DNA from: the human T2T-CHM13v2.0 reference genome, Homo sapiens
DNA length: 64,000 nt
NCBI RefSeq assembly: GCF_009914755.1
Contig: NC_060925.1
Direction: 5' to 3' (one strand)
Shown: piece by piece, positions 61,213-64,000 of the stretch
Position numbering within the stretch: the first letter of the stretch is position 1
How the letters are laid out: each line of letters begins with the position of its first letter
Notes under the pieces: model-generated
The model's database searches: none
Seen by the model: only the letters and a program-made list of their open reading frames with translations
Told to the model about the DNA's origin: nothing
Program-made: the position numbers and the translations under genes

Positions 61213-64000
61213 TCACAGCAAAACTAAACAAGAGACTAAAAAACAAACAAACAAAAAACCCAAAACCAAAGAATCAACAAAATGAAAAGTTGGTTTTCTG
61301 AAAAGATAAACAGAAGTTAATAAACCAATTGCTAGACTAACCAAGAAAAAAAGAGAGAAGACCCAAATAAACAAAATCAGAAACGAAAAGGAGACATTGA
61401 AACTGATACCATAGAAATACAAAGGATCGACAGAGACAATTATGAACAATTACACAATAAAAAAACTAGAAAACCTAGAGAAAATGGGTAACTTCCTGGA
61501 CAACACAAACTGCCAAGATTGAATCTGGAAGAAAAATAAAACCTGAATAGACCAACAGTGAGTAATGAGATTGAATCAGTGATAAAAAGTCTCTCAACAA
61601 AGAAAAGTCCAGGACTGGATGGCTTCACTGCTGAATTCTACCAAACTTTCAAAGAAGAACTAACACCAGTTCTCAAACCATTCTTTAAAAAAAACCTAAA
61701 GAGGAAGGCATTCCCCCTAATTCATTCTACAAGGCCAGCATTACCTGTTATCAAAATCAGATAAGGGCTCAACAAAAAAAGAAAACTACAGGCCAATATC
61801 CCTGATGAACATAAATGTAAAAATTCTCAACAAAATACTAGCAAACCAAATCCAACAGTACAGAATACATCATGATCAAATGGGACTTATCCCAGGGATG
61901 TAAGGATGGTCCAACATACACAAATTAATAAATGTGATACATCACATCAATAAAATGAAGGACAAAAACCATACGACCATCTCAACAGACACAGAAAAAG
62001 CATTTGATAGAATTCAACATCTCTTCAAAAAACACTCAACAAACTAGGCATAGACGGAACATACCTCAACATATAAAAGCTATATGACAAACGCACAGCT
62101 AACATCGTACCAAATGGGGAAAAATCGGAAAACCTTTCCCCCAAGAACTGGCACAAGCCAAGAATGCCCACTTTCACCACTCCTATTCAACACAGTACTG
62201 GAAGTGTTAGTGAGAGCAATTAGGAAAGAGAAAGAAAGAAAAACCATCCAAACAGGAAAACTTGAAGTCAAACTGTCCTTCTTTGACAATGATATGATCT
62301 TATATCTAGAAAAACCTATAGGCTCCACCAAAAATCTCTTAGATCTAATAAACAAATTCAGTCGAGTTGAATACAAAATCAACATATAAAAAATCAGTAG
62401 GGTTTCCGTACCCCAATAATGAACTAGCTGAGAAAGAAATCAAGAAGGCAATCCCATTTACAATAGCTATAAAAAAAATACCTGGGAATAAATTTAACCA
62501 AGGAGGTGAAAGATCTCTATAAGGAAAACTACAAAACTGACAAAAGAAATTCACAAAAAAATAGAAAGACATGCCATGCTCATGAGTTAGAAGAATACTG
62601 TTTAAATGACCACACTGCCCAAAGTAATCTACAGATTCAATGCAACCCCTATCAAAATATTGACGTCATTTTTCACAGAAATAGAAAAAATAATTGTAAA
62701 ATGTGTATGGAACCAGAAAAGAGCCCAAATAGCTAAAGCAATCCTGAGCAAAAAGAACAAAGCTGGAGGCATCACACTGTCTGACTTCAAAATATATTAT
62801 AATGCTATAGTAACCAAGAAAGCATGGTATTGGTATAAAAACAGACACACAGACCAGTGGAACAGAATAGGGAATCCAGAAGTAAATCTAGGTATTTAGA
62901 GTCAACTGATACTCAACAAAGATGCCAAGAATACACATTGAGGGAAGGCCATCCTTTTCAATAAATGGTGCTGGAAAAACTGGATATCCATATGCAAGGG
63001 AATAAACTGGATCCCCATCTCTCACCATATATAAAAATCAACTCAAGATGAATCAAATACCTAAATACAAGGCCTGCAACTATAAAACTACTAGATGAAA
63101 ACATAGGGAACTTGGTCTAGACAATGGTTTTATGGCTAAGACTTTGAAAGCAGAGATTAAAAAAAAAAAACAAAAATAGCTAAATGAGACTATATTAAAC
63201 TACAAAGCTTCTGCACAGCAAACAATCAAAAGAGTAAAGAGTCAACCTGTAGAATGTGAAGAAATATCTGCAAATTATCTGACAAGGGACTAATATCCAG
63301 AATATACAAGAAACTCAAACCATTCAATAGTTAAAAAAATAATAATCCTATTAAAAAATGAGTAAAGGATGTGAATAGACATTTCTCAAAAGTAGACAAA
63401 CAAATAGCTAACAGCTACATGAAAGAAATGCTTAACATCACTAATCATCAGGGAAATGTAAATCAAGACCACGAGATACCATCTTATCCCAGTTAGAATG
63501 GTTATTATTAAAAGATTAAAAATTAACAGATGCTGGCAAGGATGCAGAGAAAAACTCTTATACATGGTTAGTGAGAATGTAAATTAGTACAGCCACTATG
63601 GGGCAACAGTATGAAGATTTCATAAAAAACTAAAAACAGAACTAACATACACTTCAGCAATCGCACTACTGGGTATTTATCTAAAGGAAAAGAAATAAGT
63701 GTATCAAAGGTACACCTGCACTTTGATGTTCACTGTAGCACTATTCACAATACCAAAGATATGGAATCAACTGAAGTGTCCATCTACAGATGAATGGATA
63801 AAGAAAATGTGGTATGCATACACAATGGAATACTAGTCAGCTATGAAGAAGAATGAAATCATGACATTTGCAGCAATGTGGATAGAACTGGAGGCCCTTA
63901 TGTCAAGTGAAATAAGCCAGACACAGAAAGACGAATTTTACATGTTCTCATTCATATGTAGGAGCTAAAAAAGTTGATGTCATGAAGGTAGTGGGTAGAA

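Overview
Primate (most likely human) AT-rich genomic DNA, probably deep intronic or intergenic. It is dominated by transposable elements, and I found no recognisable host protein-coding exon. Main contents: an old minus-strand L1M element that keeps its 5' end (56-6665); a near-full-length L1PA4-type LINE-1 (12629-18752) with an intact ORF1, a truncated ORF0 and a disrupted ORF2; an L1MC-type element (~53880-57637); an L1MA4-type element running off the right edge (~57660-64000); an L1PA13/14 3' fragment that splits a MER44; about 20 Alus or Alu fragments; MaLR LTRs; hAT DNA transposons (MER1A, Charlie1, MER5, MER102); MIR/L2/L3 relics; and a full-length U6 snRNA retrocopy split by an AluY. 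The best-supported unusual observations are: (i) several local templated-insertion scars (a 67-bp inverted copy, a ~50-bp direct copy 2.3 kb away, an iterated duplication in ORF2, a snap-back junction between two Alu arms); (ii) an L1PA4 that lacks its YY1 site and encodes ORF1p plus an endonuclease-only ORF2 fragment; (iii) a 50-bp orphan poly(A) retro-insertion with a target-site duplication (TSD); (iv) a cluster of four hairpins in apparently unique DNA; (v) a candidate minus-strand exon. I found no convincing evidence for a novel multi-gene system. All subfamily calls were made by eye from recalled consensus sequences and need RepeatMasker/Dfam confirmation.
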